Positions 1-8,364 of a DNA stretch of 33,614 bases are shown here, in pieces. Every line of letters starts with the position of its first letter. Position 1 is the stretch's first letter. This DNA is from Patescibacteria group bacterium (GTDB lineage: Bacteria; Patescibacteriota; Patescibacteriia; XYB2-FULL-38-15): positions 1-33,614 of the forward strand of contig JAHIRI010000076.1 of the NCBI GenBank assembly GCA_018818855.1, written 5' to 3'. The position numbers and the translations under genes were made by a program. The notes below the pieces were generated by a model. That model did not search any database, was not told where the DNA came from, and was given only the letters and a program-made list of their open reading frames with translations.

Positions 1-105
1 AAAAATGAATTTTTATTTCTATATTTTTTATTCTCCCGAGCGAAAACGAATTGTGCATAAGTATTTTTAATTATACTGTTTAATTTTTATAAATGCTTCC
101 CCCCT

Positions 106-164
106 GTGTTATCTGCGCTCGCTCGGAAATGAATAAATTCATTTCACTCACTCGCTTGATAATA
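106..164. repeat. Repeat family A, copy 1 (conserved arms gtgttatctgcgctcgctcggaaat ... ttcactcactcgcttgataata)
   Basis: Aligns by eye with 19594-19660. It has an internal 9-bp hairpin gaaatgaat-aa-attcatttc (126-145). Its right arm overlaps the last 7 codons and the stop of the GT4 gene. Confidence 0.7.
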
Positions 165-1292
165 GACATTTTCTGTCTCCAAAACTATTTTTTCCCAATT
201 AAAATTTTTCCTGATAAACCCCTTCCCCCGCTCGCCCCGCCCGACCACAATTTCCGGAACATTCAGAAGATAAACTATTTTTTCATAAAGATCATCAATA
301 TTTTTTGTTTCAAAAGAAAATCCGGAGTGATCAATTGTTTCCAAATTTTCCGGAATATTGCTGATCAAGACGCAAGTGCCGTATGACATTGCTTCCATAA
401 TCGTGATAGAAAGTCCCTCGGCTTCAGAAGGATGGATATAAAGATAGGTATTCGCAAAAAGTTGTTTCAATGTATCTCCAACCTGAAAACCGGCAAAAAT
501 AATGTTTGGACTCTGTTCGGCAAGTTTATTTAAATAAGCGAAATAATCATCGGTAAAACTCGGCGCTCCGGCAATTACCAATTTTTTTATTTTTCCGCCC
601 GGCCAATTTTTGGGATCATCGCCAAAAGTTTTTTCCATTTTGCGATAAGCCTGAATCAAATAATGGATTCCCTTATGCCGGATAAGCCGCGCAACCGTCA
701 GAATATAAGATTTTTTTTCTAAACCAAACTTTTTTAATTCATCTGCCTCGCTAACTTCTTCCACTCGAACGCCATTTGGAATATAAACAACATCTTTATT
801 AAATTTTTCTTTACAGTATTTTTTAATTGATTCCGAAACGGCAATGGTTTTGTGCGCAAAGTGGCAAGCGGTCCATTCTCCCCAACCGAGATAAATTCTG
901 GCAAATCGTCCCCATTTTTTATGAAAACGATCAATGCTGTGAAAAGTAACAATAATTTTTGCCCGCGGTTTAAAAATTCTTGGAATCCAGGCAAGAGTTG
1001 AGGGGCCAACGCCGTGATAATGAATGATGTCAACTTTTTTAAAAAGAACATGAATTGTCGCCAAAAAAGTATGGGTAATTGTGTCTAAATTTTTTGTCGG
1101 GATTGATGGTAAAGAAATCAACTTAACCCCTCGGTAAATTTTTTTATTTTTTATAATAAAACGAGGCCGGACATAAGCCGAGACTTCATGGCCGCGTAAA
1201 ACTAAATCTGATGATAATTCTTCCACGTGGCGCTCCACTCCTCCATCCCGAATAAAAGGAATGCCCTTTTGGCCAATCATGGCTATTCTCAT
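144..1292 (-). CDS. Glycosyltransferase family 4 (GT-B fold)
   Basis: 382-aa ORF. N-terminal MRIAMIGQKGIP...GGVERHV and C-terminal EGLSITIMEAMSYGTCVLISN (E-x7-E region) are typical of GT4/GT1 retaining transferases. Confidence 0.85.
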   Translation of the reverse strand: MRIAMIGQKGIPFIRDGGVERHVEELSSDLVLRGHEVSAYVRPRFIIKNKKIYRGVKLISLPSIPTKNLDTITHTFLATIHVLFKKVDIIHYHGVGPSTLAWIPRIFKPRAKIIVTFHSIDRFHKKWGRFARIYLGWGEWTACHFAHKTIAVSESIKKYCKEKFNKDVVYIPNGVRVEEVSEADELKKFGLEKKSYILTVARLIRHKGIHYLIQAYRKMEKTFGDDPKNWPGGKIKKLVIAGAPSFTDDYFAYLNKLAEQSPNIIFAGFQVGDTLKQLFANTYLYIHPSEAEGLSITIMEAMSYGTCVLISNIPENLETIDHSGFSFETKNIDDLYEKIVYLLNVPEIVVGRGERGKGFIRKNFNWEKIVLETENVYYQASE

Positions 1293-1299
1293 AAAACCC

Positions 1300-1328
1300 T
1301 TGCCAAAAATAAAATGCCTTGTTATTAT
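1300..1328 (+). promoter_or_regulatory. Candidate sigma70-type promoter upstream of tRNA-Lys
   Basis: TTGCCA (1300-1305), 17-nt spacer, TATTAT (1323-1328), about 65 nt upstream of the tRNA. Confidence 0.3.
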
Positions 1329-1392
1329 TATATCAAATTAAGACTAAAACAGCCATTAACGACTAAATCCGTTATTTTTTAATTTTATTTAT

Positions 1393-1465
1393 GACCCGGT
1401 AGCTCAGCTGGTAGAGCAACTGCCTTTTAAGCAGTGGGTCCTGGGTTCGAGCCCCAGCCGGGTCA
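1393..1465 (+). tRNA. tRNA-Lys (anticodon UUU)
   Basis: 73-nt cloverleaf. Acceptor GACCCGG/CCGGGTC, D arm GCTC/GAGC, anticodon stem ACTGC/GCAGT with loop CTTTTAA, T arm CTGGG-TTCGAGC-CCCAG, discriminator A. CCA is not encoded. Confidence 0.93.
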
Positions 1466-1489
1466 TTTTTTATTTGTTTAATTATTTTC

Positions 1490-1517
1490 AAAACCATCAA
1501 GTCGATGGTTTTTTGTT
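1490..1517 (+). terminator. Rho-independent terminator after tRNA-Lys
   Basis: Stem aaaaccatc (1490-1498) / gatggtttt (1504-1512), followed by a T-rich tail. Confidence 0.55.
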
Positions 1518-1521
1518 TATC

Positions 1522-1550
1522 TTGACAAAATCTATATATTATCCTAAGAT
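1522..1550 (+). promoter_or_regulatory. Sigma70-type promoter of the GGDEF gene
   Basis: TTGACA (1522-1527), 17-nt spacer, TAAGAT (1545-1550). GAGGAGG SD at 1573-1579, 5 nt before the ATG at 1585. Confidence 0.6.
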
Positions 1551-1584
1551 TAAAAGTTGCAAAAGACAACACGAGGAGGTAATC

Positions 1585-2217
1585 ATGTCGTCTTCGCTGG
1601 AAAACCTTTCGGCCGCGCAACTGCGGATTGCTCTTGCCGCGGCGTACGCGGGGATTGCGGCGCAGGAAGTGGAGATCAGAAGTCTCCGGGGAGCGATGGC
1701 TCTGCTTTGGGACGAAGGAGAACAATACAAGACCGAGGGGCGGACAGATCACCTGACGGGAGCACTGAACCGCAAAGGTGTCGAGATTGCTCTTGCCGAG
1801 GAAATGTCCTTCGCTCAACGCTTCGAGTCCCCTCTCAGCGTGATCGCGATTGATGTCGATCAGTTCAAAGAAATCAACGACACGTACGGCCATCCCGCCG
1901 GAGACGCCGTCCTGCAGAAACTCGTCAAGCGTTTTCGCAAGGTTCTTCGCCCCTACGACCTGATCGGACGGATAGGAGGAGATGAATTTATCATTATCCT
2001 TCGGGGAGCGACTCCTGAAAACGCGGCTTTGGTCGCCCAACGTCTCTGCGCGGCCGTAGCGCTAAATTCCTTTTCTTTCGACGGATTTACTTTTCCGGTG
2101 ACGATCAGCCTAGGCGTAGATGAGGCAGGGGGGAAGCAGCCCCTCGCGGCGGCGGACAAGGCACTCTACGAGGCCAAGCGCGGAGGCCGCAATCGCGTAG
2201 TCACAAACAAGCGCTAG
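1585..2217 (+). CDS. Diguanylate cyclase: GGDEF domain with a short N-terminal helical segment, no sensor domain
   Basis: Internal ATG of ORF 1474-2217, preceded by a strong SD. Motifs DHLTGALNRKG, IDVDQFKEINDTYGHPAGD, RIGGDEFIIIL, ADKALYEAKRGGRNRV. An RxxD (RPYD) lies 5 residues before GGDEF (I-site). Markedly G+C-rich compared with its flanks. Confidence 0.9.
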   Translation: MSSSLENLSAAQLRIALAAAYAGIAAQEVEIRSLRGAMALLWDEGEQYKTEGRTDHLTGALNRKGVEIALAEEMSFAQRFESPLSVIAIDVDQFKEINDTYGHPAGDAVLQKLVKRFRKVLRPYDLIGRIGGDEFIIILRGATPENAALVAQRLCAAVALNSFSFDGFTFPVTISLGVDEAGGKQPLAAADKALYEAKRGGRNRVVTNKR

Positions 2218-2226
2218 ACACCCCGC

Positions 2227-2285
2227 AAGGACAGAAAAACCCTCCCGGGAGGAAGGGTCAAAAAATTTCTGTCCTTGTTTTTTTA
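2227..2285. terminator. Nested hairpin, bidirectional terminator between the GGDEF gene and murG
   Basis: Outer stem aaggacagaaa (2227-2237) / tttctgtcctt (2266-2276) followed by a T-run. The inner palindrome cctcccgggagg (2241-2252) has a T-run on the minus strand. Confidence 0.6.
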
Positions 2286-2286
2286 T

Positions 2287-3357
2287 CTATTTCAAAATCT
2301 CATCGACTATTTTTTGCGCCGCATCAGCCGACATTGTCTCCCCGATGTTTCTGCTTAAACTCTCCAATTCCACTTTATTATTCAGTAATTCCCGAACAGC
2401 CGCGGAAAAATTTTCCGGCGTTAAATTTCGTTCATCCCAAAGTACGACCGCGTTTTGTTTTTTAAAATAATATGCATTATCTTCTTGATGGCTCCCGGAA
2501 ATCGGAATCAAAACCGTCGGTTTGCCGAGTACGGCTAGTTCGGTTAGGGTCGCCATACCAGCGCGGGAAATCATGAGATCCGCCACGGTAAAAACATCTG
2601 GCAAATCTTTTCCTAAAAATTCAACGCTATGATACCGCGCCGTCTCTCTTTTTATGTTTTCAATTCCCGCCCGTAACGATTCGTCAACCCTCCCCCCGGT
2701 CATATGAATAACCTGACAAAATTTTACAAGCTCACGCGCCGCCGCAACAACTATCTTATTTAAACTCGTTGCTCCTGTCCCACCGCCTAGAATAAAAATC
2801 GTCGGCAAATCTTTTTCCAAATTAAAATTTTCCGCCGCGCGATCTATGCTCCCAGAAAAAATTTCTTGCCGCACCGGATTCCCGGTTACAATTGCTCGAG
2901 GAAAATATTTTAAAGAATCAGAAAAAGTGACGGTAATAATTTTCGCAAACCGCGCCGTAAGTTTATTTGCCAAACCCGGCCGCAAATCTTCCTGATGAAC
3001 TAAACTGGACACGCGTAAAATCCAACCGGCCCAAATTACCGGCACGGCGACAAACCCACCGGCGGACAAAATCATCTGCGGCTTAAATTTAAAAATCAAC
3101 CAAAGAGATTTAAAAAATCCTGCCGCGAGCAAAAATGGCATTAAAAAATTCCAACCGGAAAAATATCGGCGCAACTTCCCTGCCGGCACACTTCTAAATT
3201 TTATACCAAACGATTCAACAACTTTTTTCTCCGGTCCGCTTTTCGTCCCCAACCACAAAAATTCCGCGCTCGCCTCGCGTTTTTTTAATTCTTCTGCAAC
3301 GGCCAATAGCGGCGTCACTGAACCCATTGTTCCCCCGCCAGTCAAAATTATTCTCAT
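2287..3357 (-). CDS. murG: MurG, UDP-GlcNAc:lipid I N-acetylglucosaminyltransferase
   Basis: Start chosen at MRIILTGGGTMGSVTPLLA, 4 nt after the ftsW stop. C-terminal motifs ISRAGMATLTELAVLGKP and SHQEDNA. Sits in mraY-ftsW-murG order. Confidence 0.9.
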   Translation of the reverse strand: MRIILTGGGTMGSVTPLLAVAEELKKREASAEFLWLGTKSGPEKKVVESFGIKFRSVPAGKLRRYFSGWNFLMPFLLAAGFFKSLWLIFKFKPQMILSAGGFVAVPVIWAGWILRVSSLVHQEDLRPGLANKLTARFAKIITVTFSDSLKYFPRAIVTGNPVRQEIFSGSIDRAAENFNLEKDLPTIFILGGGTGATSLNKIVVAAARELVKFCQVIHMTGGRVDESLRAGIENIKRETARYHSVEFLGKDLPDVFTVADLMISRAGMATLTELAVLGKPTVLIPISGSHQEDNAYYFKKQNAVVLWDERNLTPENFSAAVRELLNNKVELESLSRNIGETMSADAAQKIVDEILK

Positions 3358-3361
3358 AAGT

Positions 3362-4459
3362 TTATTCCCTAGAATATTTTGAAATGTTTGCCATGATTCC
3401 CGCCGCGGCAAGACAAACCGTGAGCGCCGTCCCGCCATAACTTACAAAAGGCAAAGGGATCCCGGTCAAGGGCAAAATCCCGACCATGGCTCCGATGTTT
3501 ATAAATGATTGAATAACAAACCAACTTGTAATCCCGATCCCGAGCAATCGACCGAAACCATCTGGCGCGTTCTTGGCAATTTTAAATCCGCGAATAGCCA
3601 AAAAAACCAATGCCGCGACAAACAAAATCATAAAAATGAAACCCAGCTCTTCGGCCATCACGGCAAAAATTGAATCGCCAACAACTTCGGGCAAGTATTG
3701 AAATTTTTGTCTCGAAAGCCCAAGACCCAATCCAAAAAATCCGCCCGAACCAATCGCAAGCAACGCCTGATTGATATGATAACCAACTCCCTGCGGATCA
3801 AGCTCCGGATGGAGGAAAGTCATCAAGCGCGCCGTCCGATACGGAGCAAATTTTACCAAAAGAAAAAGCAAAAACATCCCCACTCCCGAAATCCAGGCAA
3901 GATGAGAAAGGGGCGCTCCGGCGGAAAAATAAACAATAATGGAAATCATCGCGATAATGGAAAGAGTGCCAATGTCCGGCTGTAAAACCATTAAAACGGC
4001 GATTATGCCAAAAACAACGACAAAGGGAATAAAACTCGCGCCCGCCTCTTGCATATCCCGCCCGCCGCGCTTTGGACCAAGCCAGGCCGCAAGATAAATT
4101 AAAAAAGTTAATTTCACAATTTCCGACGGCTGAAGCGACATCCCAAAAATATTTATCCAACTTTTTGCTTTTCCATACCCCGCTCCAAGACCGGGAATAA
4201 AAACCAAAAGTAAAAGAACAACAGAAACAACCAAAAATGGCAGCGCATATTTTTTCCATTTCCGATAATCAAGCCGCGACATTAAAAAAAAAGCAAGAAG
4301 TCCCGGAAGCAAGCCAAAAAGCGCCTGATGTTTTAAATACCAATAGTTATCACCAAATTTTTCATAAGCCGCCGGCGAACTGGCTGAAGAAAGCATCATT
4401 AAACCAAAAACCAAAAGCACGCCAACAATTCCGATAAAAACATAATCAGGTTTTTTCAT
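3362..4459 (-). CDS. ftsW: SEDS-family peptidoglycan polymerase FtsW/RodA (FtsW by context)
   Basis: 365 aa, polytopic. Motifs SEIVKL, QPDIGT, LPLTGIPLPFVSYGGTA. Lies between mraY and murG. Confidence 0.88.
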   Translation of the reverse strand: MKKPDYVFIGIVGVLLVFGLMMLSSASSPAAYEKFGDNYWYLKHQALFGLLPGLLAFFLMSRLDYRKWKKYALPFLVVSVVLLLLVFIPGLGAGYGKAKSWINIFGMSLQPSEIVKLTFLIYLAAWLGPKRGGRDMQEAGASFIPFVVVFGIIAVLMVLQPDIGTLSIIAMISIIVYFSAGAPLSHLAWISGVGMFLLFLLVKFAPYRTARLMTFLHPELDPQGVGYHINQALLAIGSGGFFGLGLGLSRQKFQYLPEVVGDSIFAVMAEELGFIFMILFVAALVFLAIRGFKIAKNAPDGFGRLLGIGITSWFVIQSFINIGAMVGILPLTGIPLPFVSYGGTALTVCLAAAGIMANISKYSRE

Positions 4460-4477
4460 AACTTAAATTTGGTATTT

Positions 4478-5527
4478 TTATCCAAGCCCAACGTCCATGA
4501 GCGAGATAATTAAACCAACGACCGCCGCCACTCCGGCAATAACCCAAAAACGCATTACGATTTTTGGCTCAGACCAACCCTTTGCTTCAAGATGATGATG
4601 AATCGGAGCAGAAAGAAAAATTTTCTTTTTCCTTATTTTTTTGGAGAGAATCTGGACAATCACAGAAATTGATTCTACTACGAACAAAAATCCAATAACC
4701 GGCAAAAGCAAAACCGAATTTGTAAGCATGGCCACAATACCAAGCGTTACGCCGAGCGACATTGCCCCCGTATCGCCCATAAAAAATCTCGCGGGATTGA
4801 TATTAAACCAAAGAAACGCCAAAAGCGCGCCGACGATCACACCACAAAAAGCCGCCAAATCCATTTTTCCTTGAGCAAAAGCGATCGCACCGTATGTGGC
4901 AAAAGCGGCCAGAAGCAATCCTCCGGCCAAACCATCTAAACCATCGCTCTCATTTACAGAAAATGATGTCGCAACAATTATAAAAATAAAAATGGGAATA
5001 TACCACAAACCAATATCAAAATTTCCCAAAAACGGAACATGGATCGTGTGCCAATCAAGTTTGAAATAAAACCACCACGCGCCAACTACCGCGATCAAAG
5101 TGTACATTAAAAGTCTGTGACGCACTCTAAATCCCCCGCCGTTCGGCCCAATTCCCCGAGCGTTTAGATAATCATCAACCAAACCGACTAGCGCCGAAGC
5201 AACAAGCGCCCCGAGGGGCAAAAGAGTCTGAGAGCGTGTCAAAAAATTAAATTTTTTCAAAAATTCCAAACCAGTCCATTCCCCAAGATAAAAAACTAAC
5301 AAAGCCAAGAATAAAACCGTCACCCATATCAAAACTCCGCCCATGGTCGGTGTGCCGGATTTTTCCTTGTGGAGTGCGGACATTATCGGCGCCGATTTTT
5401 CATCCCTGATTTTTTTCCCTAATTTATATTTAAATAAAAAATAAGTCAGCCCCGGCGTCCAAGACATGGCTACGACAAACGAAAGGGTTGTTAAAATAAA
5501 AATTTTAATAATGGAAAAGTTATCCAT
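4478..5527 (-). CDS. mraY: MraY, phospho-N-acetylmuramoyl-pentapeptide transferase
   Basis: 349 aa. Motifs VGLVDDY, NESDGLDGLAGG, FMGDTGAMSLG, PIHHHLEAKGW. Confidence 0.93.
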   Translation of the reverse strand: MDNFSIIKIFILTTLSFVVAMSWTPGLTYFLFKYKLGKKIRDEKSAPIMSALHKEKSGTPTMGGVLIWVTVLFLALLVFYLGEWTGLEFLKKFNFLTRSQTLLPLGALVASALVGLVDDYLNARGIGPNGGGFRVRHRLLMYTLIAVVGAWWFYFKLDWHTIHVPFLGNFDIGLWYIPIFIFIIVATSFSVNESDGLDGLAGGLLLAAFATYGAIAFAQGKMDLAAFCGVIVGALLAFLWFNINPARFFMGDTGAMSLGVTLGIVAMLTNSVLLLPVIGFLFVVESISVIVQILSKKIRKKKIFLSAPIHHHLEAKGWSEPKIVMRFWVIAGVAAVVGLIISLMDVGLG

Positions 5528-5529
5528 AA

Positions 5530-5922
5530 TTATTGATTAATCATAACAATTGAGTAGGCAGCCAAAAAAATTAAAACTTGAGCAAAGGCCCCCGCTCCGG
5601 TTAAAAAATAACTTGTGATTTTATCGCGCAAATAAATTATATCCGCCAAAATAAAATTTATAACAATAAAAAAGAATCCCACAAGCGGCATGATAAATAT
5701 TTCATACCACTTACCAATAAAATCAACTCCAAAATAAATATTATAATGTAGGGGGTAAATTCCTCCCACTGATTGAAAGGGGGAAAACTTAAAATAAAGA
5801 AAACCCCAAATAAGTAAATTGACAACTATGGAAAAAATAAATAAAAATCTAAAAAATCCGTCTTTAAAAATTAAGGCGGTGAAAAATCTGAAAAAATTTT
5901 TAATGGCACTGAAAAATTTCAT
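5530..5922 (-). CDS. Small polytopic membrane protein, unknown function
   Basis: Internal start MKFFSAIKNFF of ORF 5530-6156. The longer ORF overlaps the cysteine desulfurase gene by more than 220 nt. About 130 aa, F/I/L-rich, with 3-4 predicted TM segments. Confidence 0.6.
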   Translation of the reverse strand: MKFFSAIKNFFRFFTALIFKDGFFRFLFIFSIVVNLLIWGFLYFKFSPFQSVGGIYPLHYNIYFGVDFIGKWYEIFIMPLVGFFFIVINFILADIIYLRDKITSYFLTGAGAFAQVLIFLAAYSIVMINQ

Positions 5923-5932
5923 CGAACTGCAA

Positions 5933-7132
5933 CTAATTTTTAATAGGTGACATCTTACGCAATCTTTCCACGATGCCGGGAAAAACCTTAAGTAAGCGGC
6001 GCATTTCTTCCTCAGTATTATTTTTTCCCAAAGTGACGCGCAAACTTCCATGGGAAACAATAGGAGAAATCCCCATAGCCGAAAGAACGTGCGACGGTTC
6101 AAGCGACCCCGAGGAACAAGCCGAACCAGTGGAGACGGCGATTCCCTCCATATCAAGCATTAGTAAAATACTTTCCCCTTCAACATTTTTAAAACAAAAA
6201 CTCGCGTTTCCGGGGATGCGTTTTTCCGGATCACCGGAGAAAATCGCGTCGGGAATTTTCTTTAATATTTCTCGCATCAATTTATCGCGTAATTTTTTTA
6301 TTTTCAAATTTTGGCTTTTGACCTTTGCTTTTTGATTCAATAATTCCACCGCCTTACCAAGTCCGACTATGCCGGCAACATTTTCTGTGCCCGAACGAAT
6401 TCCCCGTTCCTGATGACCGCCAAAAATTATTGGATAAATAGGCGTTCCTTCCCGCAGAAAGAGAATGCCGGTTCCTTTTGGCCCGTAAATTTTATGCGCC
6501 GAAAGCGACAACATATCAACCCCCAAAAAATCGACCCGACAATCGCAGAAATTTGCCGCCTGAACCGCGTCGGTATGAAAATGAATTTTTTCCTGTTTAC
6601 CTCGGCTGGCGTTAATTTTTTTAATTAATTCTCCAATTTCCCGGATGGGTTGGATTGTTCCTATCTCATTGTTAACATACATTATAGACACAAGAACCGT
6701 TTCCGGCCGAATAGTTTTCTTAACGTCCCCCACCCTCACTAAACCACTTTTTGTAACTGGTAAATATGTCACCTCAACTTCTTCCTTTTTCAATTCCCGA
6801 AAAACTTCAAAGACGGCCGGATGTTCAATCGCAGAAGTAATTACATGAATTTTTCTTTTTGGATCAAGCGCTCTCGCTCGCCGGACAAATCCTAAAATTG
6901 CAAGATTGTTGCTCTCCGTCGCGCCAGAAGTAAAAATAATTTCCTTCGGGTCGCATGACAAAAATTTTGCTACCTCTTCCCGCGCCGCCTCAACTCCTGC
7001 CCGCGCCGCCTGCCCAAAACTATGTAGCGACGATGCGTTCCCAAAATCATTTTTCAGATACGCCAACATCACCCGCAAAACCTCGGGGTCTATCGGAGTA
7101 GTTGCTGAATGGTCAAAATATATTCGCTTCAT
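5933..7132 (-). CDS. iscS: Cysteine desulfurase (NifS/IscS class)
   Basis: 399 aa. PLP-lysine context SLSAHKIYGPKG, catalytic loop STGSACSSGSLEPSHVL. Adjacent to the iscU and nfu genes. Confidence 0.92.
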   Translation of the reverse strand: MKRIYFDHSATTPIDPEVLRVMLAYLKNDFGNASSLHSFGQAARAGVEAAREEVAKFLSCDPKEIIFTSGATESNNLAILGFVRRARALDPKRKIHVITSAIEHPAVFEVFRELKKEEVEVTYLPVTKSGLVRVGDVKKTIRPETVLVSIMYVNNEIGTIQPIREIGELIKKINASRGKQEKIHFHTDAVQAANFCDCRVDFLGVDMLSLSAHKIYGPKGTGILFLREGTPIYPIIFGGHQERGIRSGTENVAGIVGLGKAVELLNQKAKVKSQNLKIKKLRDKLMREILKKIPDAIFSGDPEKRIPGNASFCFKNVEGESILLMLDMEGIAVSTGSACSSGSLEPSHVLSAMGISPIVSHGSLRVTLGKNNTEEEMRRLLKVFPGIVERLRKMSPIKN

Positions 7133-7138
7133 AATATA

Positions 7139-7363
7139 TTAAACTGCCAACACTTCTTTTACGCCCCGAACTTTTGCTTTCAGGGCTCTCGCAATCCCCT
7201 GCTCAAGAGTCATCGCCGCCATGGGACAATGGTGGCAAGCGCCGACAAGTTTTACTTTCACCACCCCGGATTTTTCATCAACATCAACTAATTCAACATC
7301 GCCGCCATCGGCCTGGAGCGACGGCCTTATTTCGTCTAAAATTTTTTTAACTTTATCTTTCAT
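7139..7363 (-). CDS. NifU C-terminal (Nfu-type) Fe-S carrier domain protein
   Basis: 74 aa. Contains [11 protein letters not shown]...[13 protein letters not shown] (CxxC of the Nfu domain). Confidence 0.85.
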   Translation of the reverse strand: MKDKVKKILDEIRPSLQADGGDVELVDVDEKSGVVKVKLVGACHHCPMAAMTLEQGIARALKAKVRGVKEVLAV

Positions 7364-7373
7364 AAAATAAAAA

Positions 7374-7769
7374 TTATTTATTTAATTTTTTAATTGCATC
7401 ATGCAACGCTTCGATCGCAAGCACTGAACAATGAAGTTTAATCGGTGGCAAACCGCCGAGCGATTCCGCGATATTTGCTTTTGTCACTTTAGCCGCAACT
7501 TGGAGCGGTTGGCCTTTCACTAAATCCGTGATCATGGACGATGTCGCAATAGCCGCCGCGCAACCCAAGGTTTCGAATTTGATGTCCTTAACATAATCAA
7601 TCATTTTTCCGCCAATTTTTTTCTTATCAATTTTCAAATACAACTTCATCATGTCGCCGCAAAGAGGATTTCCCGCTTCTCCCACCGCAGTAGGATTTTT
7701 TATCACCCCTTGATTATGCGGGTTTTTAAAATGATCAATAACTTCTTTTGAATATATAATTTGACTCAT
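7374..7769 (-). CDS. iscU: IscU/NifU N-terminal-type Fe-S scaffold
   Basis: 131 aa. Three conserved Cys contexts: [27 protein letters not shown]. Confidence 0.9.
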   Translation of the reverse strand: MSQIIYSKEVIDHFKNPHNQGVIKNPTAVGEAGNPLCGDMMKLYLKIDKKKIGGKMIDYVKDIKFETLGCAAAIATSSMITDLVKGQPLQVAAKVTKANIAESLGGLPPIKLHCSVLAIEALHDAIKKLNK

Positions 7770-7771
7770 AA

Positions 7772-7811
7772 AACTTACAAACTTAATAACTTAATAACTT
7801 ACGAACTAAAA
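7772..7811. repeat. Five tandem 8-nt units (aacttaca aacttaat aacttaat aacttacg aactaaaa) filling the spacer between the 180-aa gene and iscU
   Basis: Read directly from the sequence. Same architecture and same terminal unit as 8753-8792. Confidence 0.75.
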
Positions 7812-8354
7812 TTAAGCTGCTTCCTCTTTTTCTTCCATTCTTGGCCTCAAATTATCCAACTGCAAGCGAAAATTTCTAAGGTCATTCGCTCCGCTTTTAT
7901 CACTTCTCATCAAAATATCTTCATTTTCTTCCAAAAATTCTTCTATCTCCTTTGCGATAGTTTCGCGAGTCTCGGGATCTTTTTCAACCTCTAGACGATC
8001 AAACATTTTTTCTGCCGTAGTAAAAACCGCTACTCTCTTTTTCCCTTCAATAATCAATTCTTTTGGCAACTCTCCTTCGCCTTCTTCGGATGGAACAACT
8101 TCCTCGAGCGTTTCTCCAAAAGCGCGATTAAGTTGTCTATAATATTTTTCTACGCCCCTACTCCCAACTTCCATTTCTAACTTGTCCAAGAGCGGTTTAA
8201 TATGCCTGGCCAATTCTACGCGCAAGTCAGGATTTTTCGCGTCCTTAAGTTGTTTGAGCAATACTTCAATTTCTTCTTCCCGCATGCCTATTTCTCTTTC
8301 TTTATCTGCCATCTCCCAAGCCTCTGGCGGAAATAATTCTCCAAGATTTTTCAT
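7812..8354 (-). CDS. Hypothetical acidic, Glu-rich helical protein
   Basis: 180-aa ORF in the operon, with a 10-nt gap to the upstream gene. Shares an ELAR-x-I motif region with the 86-aa neighbour. Ends in -EEAA. Confidence 0.6.
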   Translation of the reverse strand: MKNLGELFPPEAWEMADKEREIGMREEEIEVLLKQLKDAKNPDLRVELARHIKPLLDKLEMEVGSRGVEKYYRQLNRAFGETLEEVVPSEEGEGELPKELIIEGKKRVAVFTTAEKMFDRLEVEKDPETRETIAKEIEEFLEENEDILMRSDKSGANDLRNFRLQLDNLRPRMEEKEEAA

Positions 8355-8364
8355 AAAAATAAAA

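Noticed and set aside
93-386. 97-aa plus-strand ORF at the window start, and similar antisense ORFs inside long genes (for example 25854-26216, 32203-32481, 3798-4259, 12778-13178)
   Set aside because: All lie antisense to, or out of frame within, well-supported genes. They have low-complexity or Arg/Lys-rich products and no start signals.
1372-2159. Several ORFs overlapping the GGDEF gene (1372-2040 minus, 1539-1730 minus, 1557-1853 plus, 1953-2159 minus)
   Set aside because: These are open frames produced by the high G+C of the GGDEF gene. One runs through the tRNA. The products are Arg/Pro/Ser-rich with no motifs, whereas the plus-strand frame has a complete GGDEF domain with an SD.
1466-2286. 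Classical integrative mobile element at tRNA-Lys
   Set aside because: No integrase or recombinase gene is present, and I could not find a direct repeat of the tRNA 3' end downstream of the GGDEF gene. Only the composition and the SD evidence for foreign origin are retained.
3358-3438. Upstream extensions of murG (to 3438), rmlA-like (to 17540), rmlD (to 18364) and rplI (to 12186)
   Set aside because: The extensions overlap the preceding genes or add non-conserved residues. The internal Mets reproduce the canonical N-termini (MRIILTGGG, MKALITAGG, MKVLIIGSKG, MKVILLKNV).
5923-6156. N-terminal 78-aa extension of ORF 5530-6156
   Set aside because: It overlaps the 3' end of the cysteine desulfurase gene by more than 220 nt in another frame. 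The internal Met at 5922 leaves a clean 10-nt spacer and a purely hydrophobic protein.
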